Assembly (NCBI GenBank): GCA_951406725.2 | Contig: OX597822.1 | Span: 113,770,001 to 113,834,000, forward strand | Direction: 5' to 3' | DNA: 64,000 nt | Source of the DNA: Octopus vulgaris | Lineage: Eukaryota | Part shown: positions 13,346 to 26,098 of the stretch, one piece after another | Numbering within the stretch: the stretch's first letter is position 1 | How the letters are laid out: each line of letters opens with the position of its first letter | Made by a program: the position numbers and the translations under genes | Notes under the pieces: generated by a model | Database searches by the model: none | Told to the model about the DNA's origin: nothing | What the model saw: only the letters and a program-made list of their open reading frames with translations

Positions 13346-13642
13346 CATACATAAATATATACATATATACATACATACATACACACACATACATACATAC
13401 ATACATACATACATACATACATACATACATACGTACGTACATACATACATACATACATACATAAATACACACATACATACATACATACATACATACATAC
13501 ATACATACATACATACATAAATACATACGTACATACATACATACATACATACATACATACATACATACATAAATACACACATACATACATACATACATAC
13601 ATACATACACACATACATACATACATACATATATACATACAC

Positions 13643-13675
<33 letters not shown>

Positions 13676-14028
13676 CATACATACATACATAAACACATAC
13701 ATACATATATACATACATACACACGTATACATACATACACACACGCGCATACATACATACATACATACATACATACATACATACATACATGCATACATAA
13801 ATACATGCATACATACATACATGCATGCATACATACATACATACATACATACATACATACATACATACATACATACATACATACATACATACATACATAC
13901 ATACATACATACATACATACATACATACATACATACATACATACATACATACATACATACATACATACATACATACATACATACATAAATACATACATAC
14001 ATACATACATGCATGCATACATACATAC

Positions 14029-14059
<31 letters not shown>

Positions 14060-14192
14060 CATACATACATACATACATACATACATACATACATACAAAC
14101 ATACATACATACATACATACATACATACATAAATACATACATACATACATACATACATACATACATACATACATACATACATACATACATAC

Positions 14193-14223
<31 letters not shown>

Positions 14224-14636
14224 CATACATACATACATACATACATACATAAATACATACATACATACATACATACATACATACATACATACATACATAC
14301 ATACATACATACATACATACATACATACATACATACATACATACATACATAAATACATAGATACATACATACATACATACATACATACATACATACATAC
14401 ATACATACACATACATACATACATACATACATACATACATACATACATACATACATACATACATACATACATACATACATACATACATACATACATACAT
14501 ACATACATACTTACATACATACATACATACATACATACTAACATACATACATACATACATACATACATACATACATACATACATACATACATACATACAT
14601 ACATACAAACATACATACATTCGTACATACATACAT
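12900..14636. repeat. 1.7-kb (TACA)n microsatellite
   Basis: Direct reading; source of the long HTYI/MYVC ORFs. Confidence 0.97.
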
Positions 14637-15152
14637 GAACGTTATCTTAGCATTTCTTTCCCGTTCTTACAGAGAAGGCAATCTTCTCAACTGAAGAGAC
14701 ACTTCAAAACCACTTCAAACAATCGCAAGGAGAGAGAAAAACTGAGAGGGAACAAGAGGTTGAGATAATTAAAGATACGGTGACGTCACAAAGTTGGCCC
14801 CTTCTTGACTCCCCCTCCCCCCCCCCTTCGCATTCGAATTTCCAATTTACTTTCACCTTCTTTTTCTTGCATGCTTACTTTAACACGCACTCTTACGTAG
14901 CCGCTCACTTCTCAGAATCTTCTCCTTACTCTCTTTCTCTCCATCTCTCTCTCTCTCTCTCTCACTTTCTCTCTCTCTCTCTCACTCTCTCTTTCACCCT
15001 CTCTCTCACAACTGATATAGTAAAATTAGTGTAAATATATTTAATTCGGGGATTATTAAAAGAAAAAGAGAAATAATTATAGATGAGGAAAAATATCGAT
15101 ATTATTTAATGATTAATGTTATATTAATTTCTTGCCAAATACGGAAGACAAT

Positions 15153-15193
15153 TTCCGACACGTTTCGATTTTATTCTTAGCTCATCAGCGGAA
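15153..15193 (-). ncRNA. Minimal hammerhead-like motif, degenerate stem II
   Basis: Reverse complement reads TTCCg-CTGATGA-G(ctaagaataaaat)C-GAAAC-gt-GTC-GGAA. Confidence 0.5.
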
Positions 15194-16469
15194 CAGCTTT
15201 CACCGTACGTGGGGAAGGAATATGAATGAAAAACCAAGTAAATGTACAAAGACATGGGGAAATACAATTGTTTAGACAAGGAATGCTTCAGAGGCACCAA
15301 CTCATTATCATATTAATGTGAGTTTCGCTGGTTAAGCCAAAGTTTTATGCTCAAAGACGAAGGAAAATCCTTCATAGATTCTAAAGGTATCTAATAATAG
15401 AATTAAAGGTTCAAAAAGGATTGTGTATGATTTGACAATTTGACTGATATCACCAACCATGTAAATAATTCTAAATTTGGAATTACAAGAATTCTTATTA
15501 TATTTCATCTTGCCATTATAAGTAATTTTGAATCAGTGTTTCAATCGCTCGTAACTCAACTGAAGAATATAAGAACAGACCATTTCAGAATTTGAGTCAA
15601 TTCAAGTCGGCAAGCTGGCAGAGGGGGAAAAATTCCGGCGAGGTTGACATTGCTTTTCACCCATCGGGGTTGATATATTAAGTACCAGTTAATCGACTTA
15701 CCCCCTCTACCGAAATTGCTGGCTTTGTGCCAACATTCGAAATCAATATTTGGGGTCAATTTAAGGCGGCAAGCTGGCAAAATCGTTAACACGCCGGGAA
15801 AATCGTTCAGCGGCATTTCGTCCGTCTTCGTTCCAAGTTCAATTTCTGCCAAGGTCGATTTCGCCTGTCATCCTTTTGGGGTCGATAAAATAAGTTCTGG
15901 GATTGATATAATCGACTTACTCCTTCCCTGAAACTACTGACCTTGTGCCAAAGATTGAAACCAGTACTTTGGATCAATTCCAAAAGAAGCTTTAAGATTT
16001 ACAAAATTAAGGAACCCAAGTGTGCAAACTTGGCTCCTGATTCCTTGTAATTCAACTTCGTTATTTTCCAATTGGACGCCACTTACTCGAATCTAATGGT
16101 TTATTTCTTTTAGAATTCAGAAGAGCCACTTTGAGGAATGAATCCTGCACTGGAAATTGCATCTTAATTTTCTACCAGTTCTGTGAGCAGCCTGTCTTGC
16201 GGGGTTTGTCTATAGAATATAATTTTGTGCACCAGCTAAGGACTACTACATCATCAGTCACACCTAACATCACCCCATCACATCTAACACCATCAATCCC
16301 ATCCAACATCCATGTAACCCGATCAATCCCATCTATCATCAGCAGTCTTCAATCTAAAGTCATCAGTCACATCTAACACAATCATTCTTACTCGTTAAAA
16401 TACAAAATAAAAAGTTTCATTAAATTTAAAACATTTTACTCGGCAGTATTTTTAATGTTACGAAATTTA

Positions 16470-17190
16470 ATTAATACATAATAACTATCAAGTTAAAAAT
16501 ATATATATTATAACTACCTGGTTAATGAATGCGTTATAACTATCTGGTTAACTAAAACATAACGATTTGGTTAATTAATACTTATAACTATCTGCTTAAT
16601 TACAATAATATGTTAATTCATTGCAATAATTTGTTTCAATAAAACATTATAACTATCTGGTTAATTAAGGCATTAAAACTATCTAGTTAATTAATACCTT
16701 ATAACTATCTGGTCAATCAAAACATTATAGCTACCTGGTTAATTAATCCATTATAACTATCTGGCTAATTGAACCATCATATTAACCATATAATTAATCC
16801 TTTGTAATATCTGGTTAATACTTTTTAACTATCAGATTACGTAATACATTACAACTATATGGTTAATTAATATCTTATAATTATCTGGTTATGCGTATCA
16901 GGTTAATTAATACATGATAACTACGTGTTGATTAATCCATTATAACAATATGGTTAATTAATATCTCATCAATTCTGGTTTATTAATCCATAATAACTAT
17001 CTGGTTATAACTATACATCATAACTATCTTGTTAATACATTGTAACTATCTGGTTAATTATAACATTATAATTATCTGGTTTATTAAAATATTACATTTA
17101 TTTGGTCAATTAATACATTATAACATGTTAATAAATGCATTATAACTATATAGCTTAATTAAGAATCTTTATTATCTAGTTAAAACATTA
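16470..17190. repeat. Degenerate AT-rich minisatellite, unit about 26-28 bp (consensus about TAACTATCTGGTTAATTAATACATTA)
   Basis: More than 20 diverged tandem units. Confidence 0.85.
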
Positions 17191-17251
17191 TTATATTTTA
17201 ATTGCTGCTCAATTTTCCCAGGACACACATTACCTGCAAATTCCTAAACTT

Positions 17252-17361
17252 TCTCTCTCTCTCTCTCTCTCTCTCTCAGTCTCTCTCTCTCTCCTCCCTC
17301 TCTCTCTCTCTCTCAGTCTCTCTCTCTCTCTCAGTCTCTCTCTCCCTCTCTCTCTCTCTCT

Positions 17362-17409
<48 letters not shown>

Positions 17410-17487
17410 CTCTCTCTCTCAGTCTCTCTCTCTCTCTCTCTCAGTCTCTCTCTCTCTCTCTCTCTCTCTCAGTCTCTCTCTCTCTCT

Positions 17488-17582
<95 letters not shown>
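17252..17582. repeat. (CT)n microsatellite with CAG interruptions
   Basis: Direct reading. Confidence 0.95.
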
Positions 17583-17583
<1 letters not shown>

Positions 17584-18199
17584 TTGCCGATTATACCAAA
17601 ACAGTTCTTTTTGCCATGCCTTACACCCAGGTGGTCGCCGGACTTATTAGAAATAATTCCTTACATCAGCCCAAGGTGACAAATTTGGGAAGTTCAAGAA
17701 GGAACGGTTGATTTTATCCATTTGCTAGAAATAGTAGCAAAACTGAACTCAAATCATGCAACATGATCTTCAAAACGGAAAGATGCATTGGACAGATAGT
17801 TGCTGGAAGGTCACGGCGGAAAGAGAGGTTTGTTCGCTCAGGGTTGACGACAGAAATAATCACCAGAGAAGCTTCGGAAGGTTTCCATAATTTTAACACC
17901 GAGGCATTTCCCATCCTTTACTTTACCGCGTTATTGAATACTTTCATTTTAAAAACATAATTAAGGTGTCACTGGTCCTTTGATTCATTAATTAGGAATA
18001 ATTAGTATAGCATTCTGTATATCTTACATAACGTAGATATACGAGACCCAGGAGTAACCAGAAACGTACACTGTGGGACAAAACCGTTGTAGTCCAGGCT
18101 TTCGCCGCAAGAAGTCACTTGATGCGACCCTCAGGCATCAGTCTGCCACGTGGTGTGTTTTTGTTTTGCAGTGCTTCTCCTCTGTTCGTCGATTTTTGC

Positions 18200-18276
18200 A
18201 ATGGCTGAAACGAAGGAACAACGTGCTTCCGTGAATTTTTTGCTTGGGTTTTTTTGTTTTGTTTTTGTTCTTTGTG

Positions 18277-18307
<31 letters not shown>

Positions 18308-18420
18308 TGTTGTGGAAACGGCGGCCGAAACAGTTGTCCAGCTTCAAACAACTTACAAGAACGCTGCCATGAGCAAGACACAAGTTTACGAGAGGTTTCC
18401 ACACTTTAAGAATGGTCGGT
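18200..18420 (+). mobile_element. Mariner transposase N-terminal fragment
   Basis: MAETKEQRASVNF..LG..TAAETVVQLQTTYKNAAMSKTQVYERFPHFKNGR (HTH region), interrupted by (GTTTT)n. Confidence 0.75.
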
Positions 18421-18839
18421 CACTTGTAGCTTTCTCAAGACGAATTCTGCAGTTTTCTGGTTTTCTATACTATATCCACTTTCAGTGATACACTTTAAGA
18501 ATATTTAATGCTAGAGATTAATTTTGGGAATTCCATCTTTAGTAATATTGTTCTTGTTTGATATCTATTTACGGAAAATGGCAAAATAAAAGTCATGGAG
18601 TTCATACCACAATTGTGGAAAACATGAACGAGCCTCCATACAATCGCTTGATCTGCAACAAACAGTAGACAACTGTTGTTGTGACTAAAAGTAGGGCAAA
18701 AACAGTATATTATATCGTGAGGTTGTTGATTGAAGATATTGTCTACCGAGCTCTAATACTTTGTCTGTCAGGAAGTCAAAGTCCCAGAGGATTTTTGCCT
18801 TCTCCTTTTCGTCCATTACCTTTTCCGGTGTATGTTGGT

Positions 18840-19585
18840 ACCAAGAACCCGTTATCTCGTATCCATACTTCCGGCATAGTAACTAGTGAAGGTCTTGGGC
18901 TACCTGGTCGTGTCTGAGCTTGTATTCTTTCTGTGCTAGTCTTTCACAAGCACTAACAATGTGAGTCACGCTTTCGACCCTCTTCTCACACATTCTGCGG
19001 AGGTTCGTTGCACTTGTGTGGTATATATCCCTTTTCACTGAGTTGGTATTCAATGCCTGATCCTCGGCAGCGATGATTAGGCTTTCAGTATTTTTTTTTA
19101 GGTCACACTAGCTGAGCCACCTACATAATGCTTCTTGGTATTTTAATTTGTTAGTCTCAATGTGGAATTGACCATGTAATTCTATGCGGAGTAGGGTTTC
19201 TTCTCTCTCGTTGGCTGTTCGGGATCGGAATTCATGAGCACTCTCAAGTCCATTTTTAGTAAATCCTTCTGCATAACAGCATACTGGATCGGGTCTTGTT
19301 TGCTGTTTACCAAATATTCTGCCATGTTTCTTCTTTCACTGTTGATGCATTCCCGTACGCTAATCAGCCTACGTCTACCTTTACCCCGCTTCATGAAGAG
19401 CCTGCGTACATTCGCTTTAGGGTGGAGGGCACCATACATTGACATTATCTTTCGGGTAGTGCGATCGAGTTGGTTCATCTCCGTGTGTGTCCATCTCAGG
19501 ATGGATGCACTATAGCGGACTACAGCAACAGCCCATAAGTTGATGGCAGTCATAAGGTACCTTGAGTTGAGTTTTGATTTCTATA
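18840..19585 (-). mobile_element. R4/Dong-like non-LTR retrotransposon fragment
   Basis: AINLWAVAVVRYSA..LDRTTRKIM..LHPKANVRRLF..GKGRRRL, then LHGQF, TESLIIAAEDQALNT and a degenerate zinc knuckle ESVTHIVSAC..Y..RHD. Confidence 0.85.
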
Positions 19586-20744
19586 ATCATTATTAATAAA
19601 GCGGTGAACTGGCAGAATCGTTACTGCTCTGGGGAAAATGCTTAGCGGCATTTCGTCCGTTTCTACATTCTGAGTTCAAATTCCGCCAAGGTCAACTTTG
19701 CCTTTTATCCTTTCGGGATCGATAAATTAACCACCAATGAAACACTATGGTCGATGTGATTGACTTACTTCCTCTCCACACATTTCAGGCCTTGTGCCTA
19801 TAGTAGAAATTATTATTATTATTATTCTAATCTTTATTATTTGATCGATTTTTTTTTTACTTAACTCGTTAATATTTGTCCCTGTTCCTTGGTCCACTTC
19901 CCTCCGATGATTTTGAAGTTTTCTTATCAAGGGGAACAACTCTGTATGGAATCCCTCAAAGTTATATTTCCGAACTTATATTTAGACCCCTTTTTCTACT
20001 ACCGAATAAAAAATTATAAGGAAATTGTTTTGTTTTAATTTTTTTAATTCAACCGTTTCAGTACCAATGCCCCCCCCCCCCCCCCCCCGCTCACCACAAT
20101 CGTGTTGCAGAAAACAATCTTTTTAAATCGGTGCATTTTTTTTATATCTAATTGTTTTACTATAATATTCACATCGTAATTCTTTAGACCGGGTAACTTT
20201 TTAATCCGTAATATTATCTTCTATTTCACTTTATCTTTTACTTATTTGAGTCATTTGACTGCAGCCATGCTGGAGCACAAACTTGAAAGGTTTTAGTCGA
20301 ACAAATTGATCCCAATTTTTTTTTTTTTTAGTTTTTTGTGTATTTTATTGGTCTTTTTGCCGAGCCGCTAAGTTACGGGTGCCTAAACAAAATAATACCG
20401 GTTGTCGATCGGTGAGAGAAAAGGTACAAACAGAGCCACACACATACATAAGATATACGAAGGGCTTCTTTCAGTTTCCGTCAACCAACTCCACTCAAAA
20501 GGCTTTGGCTGGCCTGGAACTATGGTAGAAAACATTTGCCCAAGGTGCCACGCAATGGCATTGAACCCCACACCATGTGGATAGGAAGCAAACTTCATAC
20601 CACACAGCCACCATTTTATAATTCTATGATTTGGCTTGGAGGGAATTAGCAGTGGTGACCTTCGTGGCTTTCTCTCTGCTGTGATGACAGAAGAAGCTTA
20701 CATTTAGATACAGAAAAAATTATGACAAATTATATTTGGTTGTT

Positions 20745-21218
<474 letters not shown>

Positions 21219-21713
21219 CTATTGTACTGTTAACAGGAAACCCAATGTTATATTTAGTATTAAATAAAATAAAAGATATAAGGTAGTCTCTCTCTAGGTC
21301 GCTCGACCTGCTAGAAATAGTAGATACTTCATTTACGTCACACTCTACAGGAGAACATATTGGCTAATGTAGGTCTAGATATGCAATGCCCGTGAAAATG
21401 ACAGGATGGTCGTGGCTGGAACCTCTTTGATTATATGTTTGCTCGAACATTAACAGCTGAACCAATTGTAATGTTCAGGATCTGTGCCGTGATATATTTT
21501 GGTAACTCGCTGTTCAATACAACAGAAACAACCATCTCTTGAAAGAAATTTTCGAAGAACTTCAAGGAAGTCTCGGTGCTCTACGCTGGAGCACCGCCTT
21601 GATGGGGTTTAGTCGAGAAATTGACCTCGGTTAGTCTGCTAGTTAATCTATAGGTTTCCTTTGCCGAATTGCTAATTACAGGGATGTAAACAAACACCGA
21701 TTGTCAAGCGGTA

Positions 21714-21771
<58 letters not shown>

Positions 21772-22078
21772 ATCAAAAGATGGAGCCTACCACATGGGAA
21801 CGTTAATACTTGTTAACCCACAAATAAAGAATATTTATCCACCAATATAATGTTGAGCATTCATTCTCAGCTATTCGATATAAACTATCAGTATACATAT
21901 ATACATATATTCTATCCACCAATCCAGTATTGAGCACTCATTTTCATCGTCCGACATTTACGAAGAGAGGTGAGGGGACAACAAGCAGGTGTATTAGTTT
22001 GACGCTCAGGAAGAATGGAAAAGTCCTTGGAGTTCTTAAGTCACAAAGAACTATATATCTACTTTTGCCCGCTCAATA

Positions 22079-22930
22079 TACAAGGGTTGAACAAAATAAA
22101 CACCTTAAAATTTCAAACAAATATATTTTGATAATGGGTAGGACTGCCTTTGGCAGTAATTACAGCTTGAATTCTACGAGATATGGACTCGTACAAAGTT
22201 TGAATTGTTTCCAAAGGAATTTTTGTCCATTCTTCAGCTAAAACATTCTCCAGTTCTTGTAGTGATGATGGTGGAGGATATTGACTTCTTACTTGTTTTT
22301 CTAAAATGCACCTTTAATGTTCATAGATTGAGATCTGGGGACTGTGGTGGTCAGATAAGATGTTCAACTTCACTAGAATGTTCCTCGTGCCATTCAGTAA
22401 CAACTTTAGCTGGGTGAATTGGTGCATTATCATCACGAAAGATTGCGTTTCTCTCCGGAAACAGTTATGCAACCATAGGGTGAATTTGATCAGATAAAAT
22501 GTTTAAATAGTCTTGACTATTAATTCTGCTATGAAGGGAAACCATTGGGCCGGCGGATTTCCAAGGTATACCCCCCCCACACACACACACACACCCAATT
22601 CATAACAGATCCTCCTCTATGATTAACAGCTGGAAGAAGGCAGTCTGGGTCAGATACTTCTTTTGGCTGTTTCCACACGTATACTCGGCCGGTGGTCGGA
22701 AATAAGGTAAAAGATGACTCGTCCGAGAAAATAACATTCTTCCACTGCTCTCGGGACAAATTCTGTTGGTTTTTACTCCACTTTAAACGCTTAGCAACGT
22801 TTGTTTTTGAAAGAAGTGGTTTTCTGATTGCAGCCCTTCCATAAAATCCGGCTTTGTGCAGCTCCCGGTGAACAGTTTTTGTAGAAACTGGGTTCATGAG
22901 GTGGTCATTAAGCTCTGCAGTAATTATGGG
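22079..22930 (-). mobile_element. Tc1-like transposon fragment
   Basis: VSTKTVHRELHKAGF..RKPLL..WKNVIFSDESSF..RVYVW, later HDDNAPIH and WP..SPDLN motifs; one TA-flanked terminus at 22079. Confidence 0.85.
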
Positions 22931-23480
22931 AGCTGTACTCGACGTCGATCAAGCCGGAGCTGTAGAAGAGAACACCCAAGGTGCCACACAAGGGGAATGA
23001 ACCTGAAACCACGTGGATGCAAAGCGAAGTACTTAACCACACAGTCAAGCTTGGATCTTTATCAACAAGGCAAGTCATCTTTTGACCTTATAATTAGCCA
23101 AATATGACTAATGGCAACACCTGTCGTTCAAGTGGGGGAAATCAGAATTTAGCCAAAACAGAGCTTTAATAATGTAAGGGAAATAACTCATGAAGCAACT
23201 CATTTTCTACATTCCAGTAAAGGTGGCTAAGGATTTCAACGTTTTAGTTATTTCTTTTAAAGTATTAAAACTCTGTTTTGTTTAGAGACTCGTCTAAATC
23301 TTTGACTTTTGTTCTGACCGAGACGTGTGTTTCTGTCAGATATTTTTCGTTTAATTATACCGTATTTTAACGTACAGCCAAAAAGCGAACTGACTAGCGA
23401 ATGTTAACAGACATAATCTATTAGAAAGAAACCCAAGACAACGGTCATGACATACCGACTGTAATTTAAATTACTCTTCA

Positions 23481-23556
<76 letters not shown>

Positions 23557-23656
23557 CAATTAATTATTATTATAATAATAATAAAGGGTAAAATCATAAT
23601 GAGTTTTACCAAGTGGTCAACGCGAAAATAAAACCTCGTAGGTAAATTAATATAAA

Positions 23657-23898
23657 TATATTATAATTATATACATAATTATAACAAGGGCTTGGCTTGC
23701 GCCTCACCACGCACTGAAAAATAGATGTCAAAAGACACTATTGCTACCATAGATTCTCCGAGAATTCTACTGGCCTAATGTGTAGTGTTTTTCTCGGAGA
23801 ATCCATGGTGGTAATAGTGTCTTTTAACATCTATTTTTCAGTGCGTGGTGAGGCGCAAGCCAAGCCCTTGTTATAATTATGTATATAATTATAATATA
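23657..23898. repeat. Foldback inverted repeat (arms about 108 bp, loop 26 nt) between two (TA)n tracts
   Basis: ACAAGGGCTTGGCTTGCGCCTCACCACGCACTGAAAAATAGATG and its exact reverse complement. Confidence 0.9.
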
Positions 23899-23922
23899 TA
23901 ATTATAAATAACATAATTATAA

Positions 23923-23988
<66 letters not shown>

Positions 23989-24099
23989 CAAGGTCTCATT
24001 CTTTTGTTGTCACTTTACTATTATTATTATTATTATATACATATAGAGGGGGAAAGCATTTTCTATACTAGGCTATTAGTCTCACAATACCTAAGCAAA

Positions 24100-24430
24100 A
24101 ATTATATATTTCAGTGTCCTCGGGAAGATCGTCATCCACCTCTTTGATCTTGGTAACCAAGTCAGCCTTGGGGTCGCAGGCAGAGTAGTTGATGCTTTTT
24201 CAACCACACCCACTCCCACCACCCACTCGTGGGTATTAAGAAGCAAAAAAACTGGGGTTTGTGAAGTAGAAATTCTCTGACAACCACTTCTGACTCTTTC
24301 TCCAGATGTGGCCAAAACGGAATCCTGCTGTCCTACATATGACCTTCCAGCTCCAATCCTCTCCAGCCAAGAACTGACCACAGTCTCCAGCAGCATTCAC
24401 ATAACCGTCTGAATTAAGCCTAAGGCCCAG
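24100..24430 (-). mobile_element. Degenerate Tc1/mariner-superfamily transposase fragment
   Basis: LETVVSSWLERIGAGRSYVGQQDS resembles the PW...PYVWQQDSAP catalytic region. Confidence 0.6.
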
Positions 24431-25184
24431 TTCATCATTTGTTTGGGTTATTTCTGACGTGCAAACGCAGTCAGAGCCCCCACTGTATCTCTTCCTGCTG
24501 GTACGACCTCCTAGTCTCCGTTTCAGCTGTCCATGTCAGGTTTTACGGCCTGTAGCTATTCCTACAGCATTGAGTAGCAACCATGATGTCGGCATTTTGG
24601 TACCTGGCGCGAATCATCATGATAAAAGTAACGCTTTCCCAATATTTTGTTGTTTATATCCTAACAATGGACCGTCCGTGTGTTACTTCCGCATCCTCAT
24701 TCCATAAAATGTGTTTGTGGAAAGAAAAATATAGAGAAACATCAATACATGTCAGAGTGACTAAGAAACGAGGAGGGTGGTCGCGAAATGTGCTAGAAAC
24801 AACAGCCAGATTTCCCTTAAATCACACTCCTATTCGTATGAAAATATTATCCAAATTTATTTAATTTATTTTACCGAAAAGGCTTCTCCCATTGGGTTTT
24901 AAGTGCGTAGTGCAAAAAAAATTGGCCAAAGTCGGTCCGGAGTGAAGTGATGAGAGTGAGATAAAAATCAAATTTTCGTAATTTTTTTTTTCAACAGAAG
25001 AATATACCCCATCATTTCCAATGCCGGGGTCACAGTCAAAACGGAGAAAATCCAACTTATGTGAGCGTCCTGATCCGAATCTCCGCCGAAGTTACACGCT
25101 GCCGTCGAGTTGCTTTCTAACTTCTGCGAATTAAAAATATAACATGCATTTCTTTCCATTTAGATTAACGAAGAATCTTGCTTC

Positions 25185-25365
25185 TCACAATATGGAAACA
25201 TTTCTCATGGCACCAGCGGACAAAATGGAAAAGGCGTTGCCCCGGAGGATAGCGAGAAAAATGCACTGGAACCGTGACTCTGAGTCATGGGGCTCACACT
25301 TGCGGGCGGCAAGCAGGGATATGGTCCGGGGGTCAAGAACACCGGAGGTCTCAACTGATACCTTG
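25185..25365 (-). mobile_element. CRE/SLACS-like non-LTR retrotransposon C-terminal fragment
   Basis: VSVETSGVLDPRT...RFQCIFLAILRGNAFSILS fits the AVETxG...QRISIAIQRGNA end of restriction-like endonuclease LINEs. Confidence 0.6.
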
Positions 25366-25893
25366 TCACGTATTTTTTTTTTTTTTTTTTTCGCAGCCTG
25401 ACGAGCAACGGAGCCTGGGCTGGCAGCTGACAACACCAAGTTGCCTTATTTTGAGCTGGCAGAACCGTTAGCACGCCGGGCGAAATGCGTAGCCGTATTT
25501 CGTCTACCGTTACGTTCTGAGTTCAAATTCCGCCGAGGTCGACTTTGCCTTTCATCCTTTCGAGGTCGATAAATTAAGTACCAGTTACGCACTGAGGTCG
25601 ATATAATCGACTTAATGCATTTGTCTGTCCTTGTTTGTCCCCTCTCTGTGTTTAGCCCCTTGTGGGTAGTAAAGAAACATATTTTATTACCTGTGAACCT
25701 GAGCACTGTATACAATAATTTCATTATTATTTTAAAACCAGGAATGGTCGCGTGAGAGTCGCCTCCCATGATTACACCGGTTCTTTAGCGAAGAAAGTGC
25801 TCGCTTGATTCATTTATGTTGCTAATTATGCCGTAATTGATAATGACACTTCAACTGTGCACCACTTGCCGTAGATTTACTAGTTTCAAACAC

Positions 25894-26098
25894 ATGTTTA
25901 AGGTGGCTCTGAGACCGGGTTTTGTCTACAGCCATTGTTTACTAAGACAATACTCACAACTAAATACACTCCTGAGAAAATGTAACAGAACTTCTCAGTT
26001 GCCGGCTTTTGTGAGCAGACTTGGCTCAACATTAAAATGGGATCGTCTTTTTTGTACAAACAGTTACCGAGAAGAAATTCTAGAAGGTCATCCGGACG
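25894..26098 (+). CDS. GTPBP6: GTPBP6 exon 1 (Arg/Ser/Leu-rich, acid-poor N-terminus resembling a mitochondrial targeting peptide)
   Basis: MFKVALRPGFVYSHCLLRQYSQLNTLLRKCNR...EGHPD, donor g|gtaata at 26098/26099; phase 1 fits exon 2. Start codon uncertain (25843 or 25894). Confidence 0.7.

Noticed and set aside
12893-14638. 579-aa and other long MYVC/HTYI ORFs
   Set aside because: Translations of (TACA)n with no coding signal. The same applies to the ORFs over (TG)n, (CT)n, (GATA)n and (TA)n tracts.
14672-15034. Open frame after a good acceptor (ttcttacag) reading EKAIFSTEETLQNHFKQ...
   Set aside because: No recognisable protein family, no partner exons, and it runs into a (CT)n tract.
17580-17910. 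Possible eroded RTE C-terminus
   Set aside because: Similarity (RKDALDR.LLEG..GKRG) is too weak to support without an alignment.
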